The notes under the pieces: model-generated
Database searches by the model: none
Seen by the model: only the letters and a program-made list of their open reading frames with translations
What the model was told of the DNA's origin: nothing
Program-made: the position numbers and the translations under genes
Source: Octopus vulgaris
Taxonomy: Eukaryota
NCBI GenBank assembly: GCA_951406725.2
Contig: OX597820.1
Span: 112,220,001-112,284,000, forward strand
DNA: 64,000 nt
Direction of reading: 5' to 3'
In this document: positions 62,921-64,000 of the stretch, in pieces
Layout of the letters: every line of letters begins with the position of its first letter
Numbering within the stretch: the stretch's first letter is position 1

Positions 62921-63436
62921 AGCAAAACAAGTTTGACCTCCTGAGTTTTAGCTATTCTTGTCATTGGTCCTAGGTCAATGACGCTGGCTAGCAGTAATAT
63001 CACTGTATCAATATATTGACCAAACTAACAAATGTGGTTATATGCTTCTGGTCACAATGCTCTTCCTTGCATTGTTGTAGCTTTTGAATGATGGTACTCC
63101 ACTGGCTTCGGTGAGCAGTCCATCACAGGGTTACCCATTCACAGCTGAGTGGACTGGAGCAACATGAAATGCGCCACCGGTCTGGGAATTGAAACTATGA
63201 TAGCAAGATCATAAGTGTAACACCCTAGCCACAAAGCCACATGTCTTCACACCAATGATATAACAGGGTTTTAATTCATGTATATATCCCTCTCATTATG
63301 AAGAGAGAGAATAAAATAAAAAAAAGACTTGAGTTATGTTGTTTAAAAGCATGATTGTCACTCTGTCACTATTTCATATTATTAATGGAAACGGCATGAA
63401 TGTCATAACAAGTCATTTCCCTTGATACATCATATT

Positions 63437-64000
63437 TACGAGGGTTGGCATCTGAAAAGTTTGTAGGCTGACCAAGATATTCTCATGGAATGTGACAAAT
63501 AAAGTTTATTTTTCAACATAATCTCCCCTATCAGTTCACACACTTCTTCCATTGGGGTTGCAGAGCTTGGATTCCATTGGTGAAGAAGTTTTCAAAAGTC
63601 ATCAGCAGCAGCAGATATGATGTCTTTGCCACTGTCATACTGGCTCCCAACCAAGTGTTGTTTCATGTTGGCAGCCACAATCACACACAGCAGCCATTGA
63701 AACCAAGGGCTTGTGTGCTAGAGCATTGTTCTGATGAGACAAAAACCCTTTTTGTCAGTTTCCCTGGGCTTTTGAAACTGCTTCAGCCAGCTGACAATGC
63801 TCTCCATTGATGATGTAGCCCTTTTGAAGAAGTCAATAAACACAATGCATCCCAAAAAACCGAGGTCATCACCTTCCCTGCAGATGGAACAACCTTTAGA
63901 GCAGGTGAGGCAGTGTGTTTCAACTGCATGGATTGTCTTTGACTCAAAGCAATGAAACTAATGCTCATCTTAGGTTAGGAAATGTTCAAGAAAACCAGTT
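63437..64000 (-). mobile_element. Decayed mariner element, 3' half with TIR (runs off the window)
   Basis: SAGKVMTSVFWDA and GIQALQPQWKKCV..GDYVEK* on the minus strand. Terminus TACGAGGG..AAAAGTTTGTAGGCTGACC at 63437. Confidence 0.85.

Overview
Eukaryotic, AT-rich, repeat-dominated DNA; the SINE families look to me like those of octopus genomes (recognised from memory, not searched). I see no complete host gene. The best gene candidate is one + strand exon at 31573-31875 with an ATG and a signal-peptide-like segment. All long I/Y/M/H-rich ORFs in the ORF track are translations of (TA)n-derived microsatellites, which cover about 12 kb and cluster at 16.5-27 kb. The rest is mobile-element debris: several SINE families, LINE fragments (RTE-like with three C2H2 fingers, RTE, two CR1-like, one very decayed APE/RT), mariner and Tigger transposase relics, and MITEs with recognisable TIR/TSD signatures. 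The most striking unexplained structure is a series of hammerhead-ribozyme cores in Penelope-like terminal repeats that mostly end in TA tracts. The best is a perfect 137-bp palindrome (21132-21268) carrying a hammerhead on each strand. Short inverted fold-back copies of flanking DNA also recur inside TA tracts.
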